A stretch of DNA of 64,000 nt. Origin: Toensbergia leucococca. Lineage: Eukaryota. Position 1 is the stretch's first letter. Each line of letters opens with the position of its first letter. The position numbers were made by a program, and so were the translations under genes. Shown in pieces: positions 10,180-22,894 of the stretch. The notes under the pieces are model-generated. The model ran no database searches and was not told where the DNA came from. It was given only the letters and a program-made list of their open reading frames with translations. The stretch lies in contig JALDZS010000027.1 in the NCBI GenBank assembly GCA_022813965.1, positions 62,001 through 126,000 on the forward strand, read 5' to 3'.

Positions 10180-13100
10180 TCACCAATCATCTTCCTCCTC
10201 CTTTTTCCCTTGCATACTGATCTGTCTCTGCCTCAACGCCTCGGCCAATCCCCCAGCCAGACTCACGCCTCCCGTCTTTCCCTCATTCGGTGTATCCCTT
10301 CCGCTTCCACTCCCACCACTGCTTCCCATGCTAACCGCACTGTCCCTCGGCGCTGGTGGCGGCGCGGGCTTCCTTCCTCCAGCTCCAATGGGACGTTTGG
10401 CTGGCGGTGCAGGCGGCGCAGGTTTAGCCTTTGCGCTAGCGCCGTTAGTCTGGGCGGGTGGAGGAGGTACGGAACGTGCGGCGACGGGAGGGGCGGGAGG
10501 TGGGATGGGCTTGGGGGTATCTTCTACGAGGTAGGCGGACGGGCTCCACCCTTGAGAAGAACCATCCAGTTTTTTCGTAAGCCACCAGCCTGATGTGAGA
10601 CTTTAGTAAGTTTATTTGGGAGGAAGCAGGAAACGGAGGGAGGTTACCATTGCCCGCCTTCTGTAGGACTTCGATAACCTCGTTTTTCATGATAGATTGT
10701 TCGCCTTCGGTTTGTCCGACGAAGTCATACATAGCTTTGTAGGTGTCTTTTTTCGGAGCAGCTGCATGGGATGGAGGAGGCGGTGGTGGCGGCGGAGCTC
10801 GATTTGTTGATGATGATGTGTCGGTCTGCCCGTGACCGATACCGTTCTCTGTAGGGACAGGAAGTCGGACTGGAATGGCGTGAGCATTCGCTGACTGGGG
10901 TATCGGCCTTCCTCGTGATGCCATTGACTGTTGTGGAAAAACCAATTGGGGAGTAGGAAGGGATGAGGGCTGGGTGCTAGCTTGAGGGATAGCGTGAGGT
11001 ATAGTATGAGATATAAGCTGAGGGTTAGGCGGGGGTATTGAGTGAGGAGTAGAGCGCGGTATAGGTTGAGGTACAGGTCGGGAAGCTGGGGGACGTGATG
11101 CAAGTTTCGAAGGACCTCCACCGGGACCACCAGGACGAAGGAGCTTGCCATGTGTAATAGGCTTACCAGCTATTTGCTTTGGTCGTGGGGTTGGTCTTGA
11201 TCTTGAGTTTGGTGGTTCGCCTTGTCCAGTGTGTATGGTACCACTTTTGTACAGATCGTCTCTCTGTACTGACTGGTCTTTGACTACTTTGATGACAGTT
11301 GGCTTTCCCGGCTTCTTGTTGTACTCAATGCTATCGATTGTCAGACCAATACCCACACAGAGAGCGCAAGAGTGCTTACGATTCGGCAATTTTGAGGTTC
11401 AACCCACCAGGCATGGCCATTTTGAGGTGAGTGAAAAACTCGGTCTTGAAGACGCAATTTATCAAAGGATCTGGCTCTTGTGGCGAGCTTATCCCAAGGG
11501 AGAACCAGTCATCTTTCAAAGTGGATGTTCCAACGAACCTAATGGAACCTATAGGTATCGTTCGCTCGGATGAGATGGATAGCTGCCGATTTACTATTGC
11601 TTGCACGATAATATAAACACTCTTGTTTGTCTTTGACCAAGTTAGTCACATTCTAGAGACTAGAGAGCTTGTGTTGTGCTCACTAGAACAAGGATACGCG
11701 GACTAGGTTTGCTAGATCTTCCGAACTTCGTTACCAGCAAGTCACATCTACAAGAGAATAGCACTCTCTCATGGCCTAGAGCACAGTTGTCAGCGCAAGC
11801 ACTTGCTAGTTCGAATGAGTGGACTTGCCCTGAACATGAATAGAATTCCTGATGAGCTCGCCCGAGCCTCCATTATTACCGACACCAAGATAATCACCCA
11901 TAAACCTTCTGGAGCCCACTAGACTGTATCTTCTTCTCTCTTTCCGTCCCTGAAGGACTTCATGACCGTAGTCTCGTAATTGAACGTACTCAAGACCTCC
12001 GTTGAGTTTCCGCCAGAATCTTTGAATTCGAACAGCACACTCAATGCGATATCTGAGGTAATTCCTCCACGCTCGCTGAATCCGTATGGCCATGTTATGC
12101 CAATAACGATCCCGCATATGCTCTAAGGCGAAGAGAGTTTCCGGAGTCTTGATGAATGCTTTGGTAACGCCCATCTGGTACTCTTCTGACGGTATACTGG
12201 TATCTTTCAAGATCTGCTTGGTACCTGAAAGAGCATCTCCAGACCAGGTGTAGTCACCAGCATACGATGTTTTCGGCGATAGCAGGTAGAATCTCTCAAC
12301 AAACTTATCAAAGGTTTGTCGATATGCAAAACCAGCCCGTCTTATTCGAACGTTCTCTTGGAGACCGAGATATTTAATCTGATGCATGACATTGCCGATG
12401 TTGTACTCGGTTGGCGATTTATTGTCATTAGGCTTTATAGTCCTAATATATGAAGGCGAGGCCTTCATCAATGTTGCTACAAGATCATTTGCAGAGGCTT
12501 TGATCTTGTCACCTGCTGTTGGGGGCCGACGTTTGTCATCTTGGTTAACCTGATCAGGAAATATTGCATGCACAAAATTGTTGGAGCTTTCACCGATCAG
12601 ATTGAGCAGATCTTTCAATAACTGATCTTTATTCTTATCTGTCATTCCTTCCACTGCATAGCTAACGTCGCCAGCATAGTGCTTGATAATGAATTGACCC
12701 TGCCGCGGCTGGAAATGAGGGTTCGAGGATAATGCATTGAGCCTCTGAACAAATGTTTGATCTGCAGCCCCCGGATCAGCATGAGCAGTAGCGCAAGCGT
12801 CGTTCAAAGCAGCAAATACTCCGGGGGGTCTTTTCTCTTCTATTAGCTCGCACACGATTTTGTTATCGAAGTAATTGATTGGCGTCCATTGGATCTGTTC
12901 TCTTGCATATTCTTCTTGCTCTGTTTTGAGAGTGAGTTGAATGAAGATCTGCTGTAGCTTCTCGTTGACGTAATTGATGCAAAGCTGCTCAAAGCTGTTC
13001 TTGTCAAAGATCTCAAATCCGTATATATCTAGTATCCCGACTGAGTTTGCTATCGATCCTCTTGCCTTTAAAGAAGCATTGACCCGTTCGACAATCCAGT

Positions 13101-14486
13101 CAAAGAGGTTGAAATATATTGCCTTCGCCAACGCATCTCGCACAGCAATCGCCTGTGCTGGGTTCAGGGGTACTTCATAGACAGAGCCTCGGCGGCCGCC
13201 TCGGCTTGTCTCCACAATTCTCACAGTAAGTGCCTTGTTCACATGGGCAGCGTCTACCTCAAGTAGATAAGCGACAAAATCGACCACGGACTGATCACTT
13301 ATGGCAGCGTTGCCACTGTCATCTTCCACAAACGTGACGTTTCCCACCCATAGAATAGTAGCTAGCATGCGGAAGATATTGTCCTGCTCACTCTGTGACA
13401 GTCCTATGACTCTCATGGCGTTAAGAGTTTCCTGGAAATCCATACCATCGTCAATCCCAGGAACATCAAAACATTTTGATCGGTTTGTGTAGACGTACGT
13501 CTGCGGCTGTTGAATGCCGAAGATCTCTTCCCAATGGTTAGCATCGCCATTTTCCCATCATTAGTTGGCCATACCTCGATGATTTGATGATGCTGCCTTT
13601 GTAAATTGATAGAATATGTGGAAATTTCGTTCGTTCGTGATCTGCCCTACAACCCTTGATTTTTCTAGAAGATAGTTTGTAATATTCGCTCCCACTGGTT
13701 CGCCCTGCCCGTTGAACTGCAGCTCTAGATATTTCCCAAATCTCGAAGAATTATTGTTTCTTAGTGTCTTCGCGTTTCCGAATGATTCTAGTAGTGGATT
13801 GGTGGCCAACACCATATCTTTGATTTCCTGAATAGATGAGTTGCTTCCCCCAGACACATTGGCAATGTATTGCATTATCCGCTTTGCTGCCTCTGTCTTT
13901 CCAGCGCCTGACTCTCCAGATATGATGACACACTGATTGTCTTTGTAAGCATTCATGTTGTAGTATGAGGATTCGGCAACAGCAAAAACATGCGGAGGCA
14001 TCTCCAATCGATTTTTGCCTCGGTAAGAGTCGAGGACATGGTCCGAATAAATACCCACTACTCGACGTCAGCTCTCCAGAAGCGCTTTGCGAAGGTATGT
14101 TGCGTACGGTCTCGAAAGGGATTGACGGAGACCAAGACATGGCCAATATATGTCTGTGCGCGGGAATCAGCGCCTCCCTTGAATGTCCCTTTCTACCTAA
14201 CATACGTAGATCTCAGCATTCTCAAAGCGCTTCTTCAAGTTGTCATTGATAGCCTCGTTCGATATCTTGCTGATAAGAGTAAGATCCGAAACTCCGACTT
14301 CCTTCTTTTTCGTGCTTTCGAAAACGGCCTTTTTGACTTGGGGCTTCCCAGCGGCTCCACTGGATGTTGCATTTGCGTTACTCGGATCTTTCTTACGGCC
14401 TGCGCGCTTGGTGACTGCCTGTAGAGAAGCACAGTAAGAAGTTGAGCTATCGATTAGGGACTATCCCGCATGAAAGAACGCACCAT
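10180..14486 (-). CDS. myoA: Class I myosin (MyoA/Myo3/5-type): motor, IQ, TH1, Pro-rich, SH3, acidic tail
   Basis: GESGAGKT P-loop, [26 protein letters not shown] site [10 protein letters not shown]3 YKAMYDF, C-terminal [13 protein letters not shown]...EEEDDW*. ATG-only first exon at 14486-14484, multiple introns. Confidence 0.97.
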
Positions 14487-15628
14487 GATCGATCGGATTT
14501 CTTCGGTTCCTCGAAGCTAATTGCGATTTCAACGACAACGATAGCTAGCAATCATCATATGAACACTCCAATATAATAATTGACTATTTGCATTGCGCAT
14601 GTCACTAGTGAAGGAAATCTAAGACTCTTGAAAGACACCTCGTTAACATTTTGTGCAACGGCAACGCTGTGGGGGTGGTACGGAGTACGTGGAGGGATAA
14701 GCTTCAGCCTGGTAAGGCGTGCGCCACACTGCGCCGCCGAGGAACGCGCAAGCCAGCAGGGAATGTAAATCCTTAACTAAACATTTCACACTTTTCAACA
14801 GCTCACAAAAATCATCAATTACCATCTGAAAGATGCCTTGAGTTCAGAAGTTCAGAAGATTCCTGAACTGGGCCTTGAGAGAGAGAGACTATACGTTCAG
14901 GTTGTGTTACACAGTGCAGCTTTGAGTCTTGAAATGATGGAAGCTTTCATTTAACACGTGTAGGGAGTTTTAATACTTATTAATCAACATCTTATTTCAT
15001 TTGCGAGAGGGCTGACTCTATTAATATCGTATTGATGTTTATTGAACACTTTCTGTGATGTTGGGGGTCCATCCCTCAACCAAGTGCGTCCCCCTTGAGC
15101 AATGAGAATTAAAAAGCGCAAAAGGATATCAATGCATGTTCAGTACGTTGTCTGCCCCCCGGATGGTTTCGAATCTCTGATTCCCCCCGCCCCCCCCACA
15201 TTAAGAGGACGTTCCATTTCATGAGAGACTCCCTAAGGCCAATGAAGATCCGATCATCACCTGCTTGTGGGGAGACTCCTTTGCCATTAGGCCAGTGAAG
15301 TGTTGCCATGTCTTGGGTCTTCTTCACACAAATCAGATTGCCAATATGAAAAAAGAAATAAACAAGGGAAGAAAAGAAAAAAGCCCGATACCCAAAAGCT
15401 ATGACATCAAGCCTGCCTATATCAAAATTTTAATTATAAATTTCAACACATTACAAAGTCCTTGTCGAGAAGACTGCCCAAGACTCCCTCTTCCAACAGC
15501 CGAAGTCAAGGGCTATTTCCCGAGAATTGAGACTGCTAATCACAATCATCGCCCGAGCGTCTTCACTACCTACTCTCACTGCGGACATGGCCCGTTCTTG
15601 GCAGATATTTTCAATCAGCACCATCTGG

Positions 15629-17059
15629 TTAGATCATCCTGACTGTGCTGACCCATACGACGAGATCGGCTCCTCGGTTGCCGTTCGTCCAGAACGCCGG
15701 CCAGAGCTGCCTGGGCAATGATGTAGTGAACAGTAAGAGAACGAAAAGATATAAATCATCAGGAACGGGCATTAGAAGAATGTTTCCCATCGTGATCGAC
15801 CCCGTTGCAAAGACTGCTATACGACTCATGCCGACGGCGCTACGTCCAAGGACAAAAAACCATTCAGTCCGATGAGATTGATGATCCCGAACGAGGATAC
15901 GATACTGCGAGCGTCTCCACTGATGCCGTAGGATCCGCAGCCAGAGGCTGAAAACTGATCTGACTTTGATGTGGTTGAAGCGTTGTTGCTCCTGTATCAG
16001 CGATATGGTTTGTCCCTTCCCGCCCATTGTCAAAGACTCTTCTCTACCCTCCTCAGGTCCGTCAGCAGGCTCGTACAAATCGACCCGGTTACGCATCAGT
16101 TCAAAAACAAGGCCACCAACTGCCGGGGCAGCAGAGATGTAGTACCATACAGCCCCCTCCAAATAATACGTCTCGTAAGTGAAATCTAGGGCAGGCTTTA
16201 AGGTGCGGGCAAAATATACACAGAAATAGAGCCACAGAGCGAAGTTCAGGAAGAATGAGACCCACTCAAAGAAAATATGGCCCCTTCCTCGATGGGAGGA
16301 TCCCATTGTCTTTCTCTTTGACATGGCCTTTGGCATCGAAGGGTTAAATTCCCAGGATTCACACATGGTTCGACCTTCTTTCTCGGAATGTGCTTCCACA
16401 TGATGTGGTGGAGATGCTGATTCCAATCCGGGAAGACCACCAGAGGTGATGGCGAACAGACATGACCACCAGATATTGTCGTACACCATACTCGATGGAT
16501 CAGGAGCGAGGGCGACGATTGCGCCCACAAATGCCGGCCATAACGTCAGAATGTACTGTCGAGAAGAGAACAAGGCTTTGTCTACTTCGGTGAACTTGTT
16601 GAGGATGCATCCCGTGACATTGGCTCTCAGCTCATACGCCGTTTCTGGTTGCACCAGGTCCACACAGGCTTTTCTAGTCTTGGCAAGATATGGCCCAGCA
16701 TGCCCCGTAAAGTTGTAGCCGTAGTTGTTGTAAGATTGATTCATTTTGAAATGCTCTAGGTGGCGTATTACCCGATCTCTCAGATTACTCTGCTCATGAT
16801 TAGCCCATTGATTTAGGAGTGAAGTTCTATGAACGACGACAAACACTGAAAGTCGTGCCCTTCACAAAAAATTTGTCACCCACTGCGCTAGAGTAGATTC
16901 CAGGAGCCTGGAACTGAGCATAGCAAATGTGAAAATATGCGGAAAAAGGCTCAAGAAGACTGTGCCTTTGAATGACTTACCTATATGGGACTTCGCGGGG
17001 CAGTGTTGGGAAGAGGATCTACGTGCATCGCAATAGCACAGTGATCGTAACACCACCAT
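15629..17059 (-). CDS. Uncharacterised multi-pass membrane protein
   Basis: 405-aa open frame 15629-16846 with several hydrophobic segments. Probable upstream exons (gtaagt donor near 16980); 5' end uncertain. Confidence 0.7.
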
Positions 17060-17299
17060 TTCTCCTGCCTGGAGTTACATAACCTATGTGCGTTTTACTA
17101 TTCTTGGTCCTCTTCTGCAGCTGCCAAGACTCCAGCCTGATAATAAAAACGTTCAGGGTGAAACCGTGACACAGAGGGCAATCAACAATGTTTAAGAGAC
17201 TTATGAATTGATGCCACAGTTGAGGCACATTTGACAAGTATTCTATATCAGGATTCAAAAAGCGAGTCAAAGGACTTCAGAAATCATGAGAGTCTTGGA

Positions 17300-18133
17300 C
17301 TTTTACATCATTGGCCAGACACTTGACTGTTACCGCCAGCCACGCTTCAAGCGCGCGCCCTTTGATGACTCAAACATCAGCAACAACATCACGCAGATCT
17401 ACTCTTTTAGATTGACTGTCAAAGCTGTCAAATGAATGATATCCTCTCATTGAATAGGAAAATTGCTGCGGTTTGATTGATACGTGATTATTGCAGTCAG
17501 TGATGTCAAGACCTAGCGCTCTCTATCTATCACAAGGTTTTATGCGGCAAAAAACTTTCAATGACTTTACACTCAGTTGAAGAGAGAGTCTGAGAGAACT
17601 ATCAAAAACGATCTGATGTGACTGCGTATCCTTGTCACCTGCGTCAAAAGCGGTACGAATCCTCTAGAGCATTCAGTGATTGCGTGGCTCACCGCTGAAA
17701 ACGATCATTCATTTTCAACGTCAAGCAACCCTACCTCATCCTGAAAATGCTCAGCGTCATTCTCTTCAAAGACCTCTGTTACTTGACCTGGGTGCTGCAA
17801 ACTGTCTGGGCTGAAGTAATGACTAATCAGCAGGACAGCCCAAGCGCACTTGAGGGTCTGTCATTTCAGAACATCAACCCTTTATGCTCCTTCTTCAATC
17901 ACAATTGCGAGAGTAATGCTGGTTGGAAAACCAAGATGGACGCTGGTAAATGTTTTGGTGGAAGCATGAAATTTCTTTATGGGGAGCGACAGATCAAGAA
18001 AGGAGAAAAAAAATATATTGACTCTGTGAGTTTCACGGGCGAAGAGAGCAAAGAGGAGAGGCATAAGATGCTGGGACCTTGAATAGGAGGAGGGTGGAAA
18101 TGTGGATGCTCCAAGTGTCGGAGGGAAACCTGA
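17300..18133 (+). pseudogene. SET-MYND (SMYD-type) lysine methyltransferase pseudogene, 5'-truncated
   Basis: YCSQ*CQDLALSIYHKVLCGK (MYND end, from 17489), LM*LRILVTCVKSGTNPLEH, FFNHNCESN (SET NHSC-like), IKKGE..YI, post-SET CGCSKC. TGA stops at 17501, 17562, 17619, 18080 and a +1 frameshift in the A-run 17549-17554. Confidence 0.8.
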
Positions 18134-18838
18134 ACCGCGCTTCGAATGCGCAGTATTGCAGGTATGAGGAGAACATGGTGGATGGAACGACAACTCCTAT
18201 TGATTATACACTTGACTTTTCTGAAGTATTGCTATGAAAAACTTTCCTTCTTCGTGTAATTAGAATCAGGAGCTTTGAATAGAGACCAGATGGACACTGG
18301 CACAATAGAGGGTATTAGTATGACAAGTTTCTGTTGACATAGCATGCATTAAGACGTATCCCTCACAAAAGGCAAAGCCTGGATGCGGAGTTGTGCATCT
18401 AGCTCCAACCCAGAACCTGCCTCCCCAATCTGGTACGAGCTCAGAACTTACTCCGACACGCTCTTGCGAAAGGTCTAGGTGTCAGGCTCAGGCATCCAAC
18501 TGACAATCTGCCTAGTCGTTTTTTTTGGAGGATGCGAACAAAAACTCTTGGCCCTTCTTTTTTTTTATTGGGACAGCCGTAATTTTCCACCGCCTGGAGT
18601 GATAGTACTATTGAACTGCAGGCTGTATTTGCTTTTTGCATAATAGGCGAGGCAACCCAAAATTCCGCTTCTCTTACGGCGTAGTCACTTTTACTGTGCG
18701 CAGCCGATAGAACCAAACGCTGTGAAACTGGCCTTAGAGTAAGAATCACATTCTGAATCCAAAACGGCGTTATTCATATCTGCAATTTGCTTTTACCTCG
18801 TATAATAGACAGCGCTTATGCTGGTTCTGAAAATCTCG

Positions 18839-19528
18839 TCACTGCACTAGGTCGCCGGAGACTTTGCGTGCTTGAATGAAATAAAGATATTCCTGCTCTT
18901 CACATTGAGCATCAGGGGGTGCTTTGTACAGGGTCGTCTCCGTATCCATGATCTCAAAGCCCGCTCTTTCAAGCGCCATACTCCAGCCTTGTTTCGTGAA
19001 TAACGAGATCTTGAACGTATGCCCCATGAACTTATTGTCCAAGCCGCTGGCGCATAGCCCATCCGAGTCGTAATTAGAGGGATTGGTGGGATAGTCATCC
19101 GCCGCGATTGTGCCGAGGAATAGCAGTCCGTTTGGAAGGAGCCACTCGGAGAAGTTGGACAGCATTTCGCACAATTGCTGGCGTGAGAATGAGAAGAAAG
19201 AAAAGATAGCGAAGATAACATCGAATTTGGCATTTGGGATGTATTCCAACATGTCTGCTTTCTCAAAGGAGCCGCTTGGAACTTGACGTCGGCTTAGGTC
19301 TATCATGACTTGTGATATATCGATGCCGAAGACTCGATGCCCACTGGCGGCAAGAGTACTAGAAACAGGCTTCCCAGTACCACAGCCGACATCTAGGACC
19401 CGTGCTATCGATGGGAGCTGACCGAGTGCCTTCCGAATAAAATCGTGAAGACCGGCCATGTTTACATTGAGGTTTCCATGTGTTTCGCCAACCTGATCAA
19501 AGAATTCTTCCGTCAGGGTCGTCTCCAT
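18839..19528 (-). CDS. Class I SAM-dependent methyltransferase
   Basis: Motif I VLDVGCGTG, GIDIS..MI, ADM, FDVI, LLPNGLL; intronless 229 aa. Confidence 0.9.
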   Translation of the reverse strand: METTLTEEFFDQVGETHGNLNVNMAGLHDFIRKALGQLPSIARVLDVGCGTGKPVSSTLAASGHRVFGIDISQVMIDLSRRQVPSGSFEKADMLEYIPNAKFDVIFAIFSFFSFSRQQLCEMLSNFSEWLLPNGLLFLGTIAADDYPTNPSNYDSDGLCASGLDNKFMGHTFKISLFTKQGWSMALERAGFEIMDTETTLYKAPPDAQCEEQEYLYFIQARKVSGDLVQ

Positions 19529-20137
19529 TGTACCGTGACTGTGCCTTGTAATCGCAGGGTCGCCAAGTCAAGATGAGAAGGGAGAGCACGTTGGCTGATC
19601 GAAATAAGAGATGCTCGTAGGAAAGTCAGCATAGAAAGCGATATGCATGTCAGAAAGCGGGGGCTCACACAGGACCTCATTTAATAGTCCACACAGACGT
19701 GTTTTGAAAGCACGAGGATCGTTGGAGGAAGAAGACAATGACTGCTATTATGTGACGTCGAGAAAATAATCAGATCTCCCGTACTTTGTCTCTCTCTCTC
19801 TCTCGTTGCTTGTTCCCTTATCCACTCCTAGAGAACCAAGGTATCCCTTAGACAGTGAGGCCAAGCCCGAGACAGCTACAGGCAAAAGACATTGACCCGA
19901 CTAGCGTCTACTGCTTGCAGAGATTCCAATCGCACGCAAGTTTCGTAGCTGCAAGCAAGAATACCAATGTAGCACCATTATCCCCTCCCGATAATCAGGA
20001 CCCTTATTAACAGGATAGTAATACTGCGTTAGTGGCTCCAAAAACGTTAAGTATTCGAAGGGAATTCCCCCAATCCCTTTCGCCACTGTCATGGACTTTA
20101 GATTTCATATGTAGATTCCACCCTAGTCGATCCCTTT

Positions 20138-21989
20138 TCATTTCTCATTCTCGTCGTGCCTCACCCCAGACACGCTCCTCGCACCAGACCCACACTTAGC
20201 CTTCCGCTCCACACGTTCCTCATCCTTAATTTTTCGTCTGCCAACATGTAGTCCATTTTTCATACCCTCGCCCACCTCTTTCACTTTCTTTCTCGTCCGT
20301 GCATACCCTTCCAGCCCGACCAAAACGGCAAAAGTCTTGGAGATATGCACTTGAGACATGTCTACTCCCTGTCTTTTCGTAAGGTCGTTGATGAAAGCGC
20401 GGAAGTTGGCGGCTGGGGGGCGGTAGTGTCCGCTAACACAAATCAGTGTGGCTCTTCCAAGCGTCATAGCTACGTAGGTATTAAATTGGAGATGCATAAC
20501 GTGGACGGGCCTACCTTAGAGGGGAAAGGCTCTTGAGCTGACCGTGGCTTATTTTGATCAGGCCGGCCGCGGAGATGCGAGCGCCTTGCAAGAACGAGGA
20601 GTGCTGGAATGCGCCGGATTGCTTGATACCAACGTAGAGATTACACTTAGTATCTGCGACGAAGATCCAGGTGTTTTTGCGTACGGATTTTCGAAGCAGA
20701 TGGTTGAAGATTATAGCAGGCGAAACATTCATGAGTTTTTTGGGACCTTTGCCCTTTTTAGATTCTTGGTTCGTGTACCGGTCGTAGCGCTCGTCGGCGG
20801 TATCGTCGGAGTGGGATCTCGAGTCGCTCTCAGTGTCCGTGGAAGAGGCACTGGAGTTCATATTTGGTTTTGGATGGTGGGCGTGATTCGCTTCTGCTGC
20901 GGGTGGGGTGTATGAAGGCGCTGTGTCTGCCATTGGAACTATACCGTGTATTGAATCCCTCCATTCCACTGTCGTGTCGATTCTTACTCCGTTTCTCTTC
21001 CAGCAGAGCTTCCCTTCAGCATCTACAGCTACTAGATAATGCATCCTTTCTTCTCGACTCAAGTATCGCACCTGCTCCTTTTCCAGGCGTTGGCGAGAAC
21101 AAATGGGCAAATCCAAGTCTTTTCCTTCGCCGCAGTCAAGCCAGTAGAAAAAGTTCTCTCGCGTGCTACTCTTCATCCACAAAGCATGGTATTCCAACAG
21201 ATTACTACCGTAGCGATGCTTGAGATCGACCATCTCAAGGAAATAGTGCAGATCCATTATTTTGGCACATCTTTCCCGCTCGCGCCTCTCTTCTAGCCTC
21301 TGCTGGCGTCGAGCTTGCCTTTGCGATGGTGAGAGAGATGTGTTTGAGGATGCGGAGGTAGAGCTGCTCTCGTCGTTGTCACTGCCGGCACGACGGGCGA
21401 TTTGACTGACGCGGTGCCAGTTGTCGCGAGCTCTAGAAGATATACGAGCGGGGTCGTGAGAGCCATCTTCTTGAATAGTCAAGGAGCGGCGAGGTTGAGG
21501 GGTGATTAGATTGCGGAATTGAACTTCTTTGACTGCCTAGCAAACATGGGGCAGGTCAGTAGGGCAATTAAAAGGACGAGCTTGCGACTGGAATATTTTC
21601 ACCTCAATCCATCGGGTCGATGGATCCAAGGTCAAGCCATTCAGGTGCCTGCGATCTCGGTGACCTCTGTAGTTGCGTTGCAAAGTCTGAGCAGCGCTAG
21701 CTTCCCTATCGTCGGAAGTGCGTTTAATAACATTTTGCTTCTCTTGATGTTCTTGTTCTTGTTCTTTTCTCTCCTGAGCATGGGTGATGGTAGCCATCTC
21801 AGCCCAGGAGGGCCGCTGCAGCTGGTCCAGGTAACGGTTGTGTCGCACCTCTGTAAGTCTTGGCGGTGGGTGAGGCCGAGGCAGTGGGAAGGGTTCGCTT
21901 GCAGACGCAGCATGACGTCCTGTTGACTTACAACATCCTCCGCACAGTAAAGAGAAAGAGAAAGAGGATGAGACTTTTTTGTCGTGCAT
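20138..21989 (-). CDS. IQ calmodulin-binding motif protein (IQM-like)
   Basis: IQ-like AAQTLQRNYRGHRDRR; YFLEMVDLKHRYGSNL, FFYWLDCGEGK, QVRYLSREER, WIFV, FQHSSFLQG..AAG, LSPL|SGHYRP across an intron at ~20434-20514. Start codon uncertain. Confidence 0.88.
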
Positions 21990-22894
21990 TTTGAACAATG
22001 TAATGATGAGGCATGTTGAGTAGTCGACATTTACCTAATGTCCATTGGCAGCTTCGTTCCTTCACTTCAGGGACATTCATCCTCTTGCCATCAAGGGCCT
22101 GCGTTACACGTCCAGTGGCAACATACAAGTACTTCCTGCTGCGCCAGCCAGCCAGAGTTTTCCCTTGACGCAGGCATGAGAAGTTGTTCGTATCCCTGAT
22201 GTCGAGGATGCCGAAGACTTCTTATATTCTATGACTGACCCTGACTTGGCAAACATTTTTCAATCAAACCCAGGGCGCTTGGCTTCTTTCTTTGCTCTGA
22301 TAGATATAGCACTAGGCTAGGCCTCAAGTCTGCACGAGGAAATGGTTGATACCAGATATTGAGATGGTACTGAAAGTGAATAATACGGACAGCAATACTG
22401 ATATCAGACGATCTCTCAGATTCCTTACTCGATCGGTACAAGCAAAGATTGTCGCAGTCACAGTACCGGCGTGGTCACTAGCCAGGGAGGTCGGCAACTA
22501 AGCAAGCAAGAACGATCGCTTTCGGCATTTTGAATTCAATAAAGCTAGATTGAAGTAGTCTCTTCTCACGACTGCTTCATTATCATATGGTATTGATGGA
22601 CTAGTGTTGAGTACTCTTACCGCTGCTGCAATAGTGATACATGTGCAGACTTTTCTTATTTTCCCAGCAGCATTTTTAGCCATGATTCTCTCGGATTTTG
22701 AATCCGGGTATCAGACTTCTTCCCGTGCTCTAGCTTTCCATTGTTGCTCACCGCCATTTGATTCAAATGTCTGCAACTTCCTAATATTGTTGCCGACTTG
22801 TGCACCCTCTCGCAATTGATTTCGCCTATATCTTGTATATCAGGGCCAGAGGGTATTGTGGCAAAGAGCCCATGTTGATATACTGCAAAGTAAA

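Noticed and set aside
17300..18133. UGA=Trp or selenocysteine recoding
   Set aside because: A frameshift and 5' truncation are present, and neighbouring genes use TGA as a normal stop.
19901..20092. 63-aa ORF with protein-like composition (PFEYLTFLEPLTQYYYP)
   Set aside because: No recognisable family or splice structure; could be a gene fragment but unsupported.
22229..22860. Possible degraded coding sequence on the minus strand
   Set aside because: Short broken frames and no motif I can identify.
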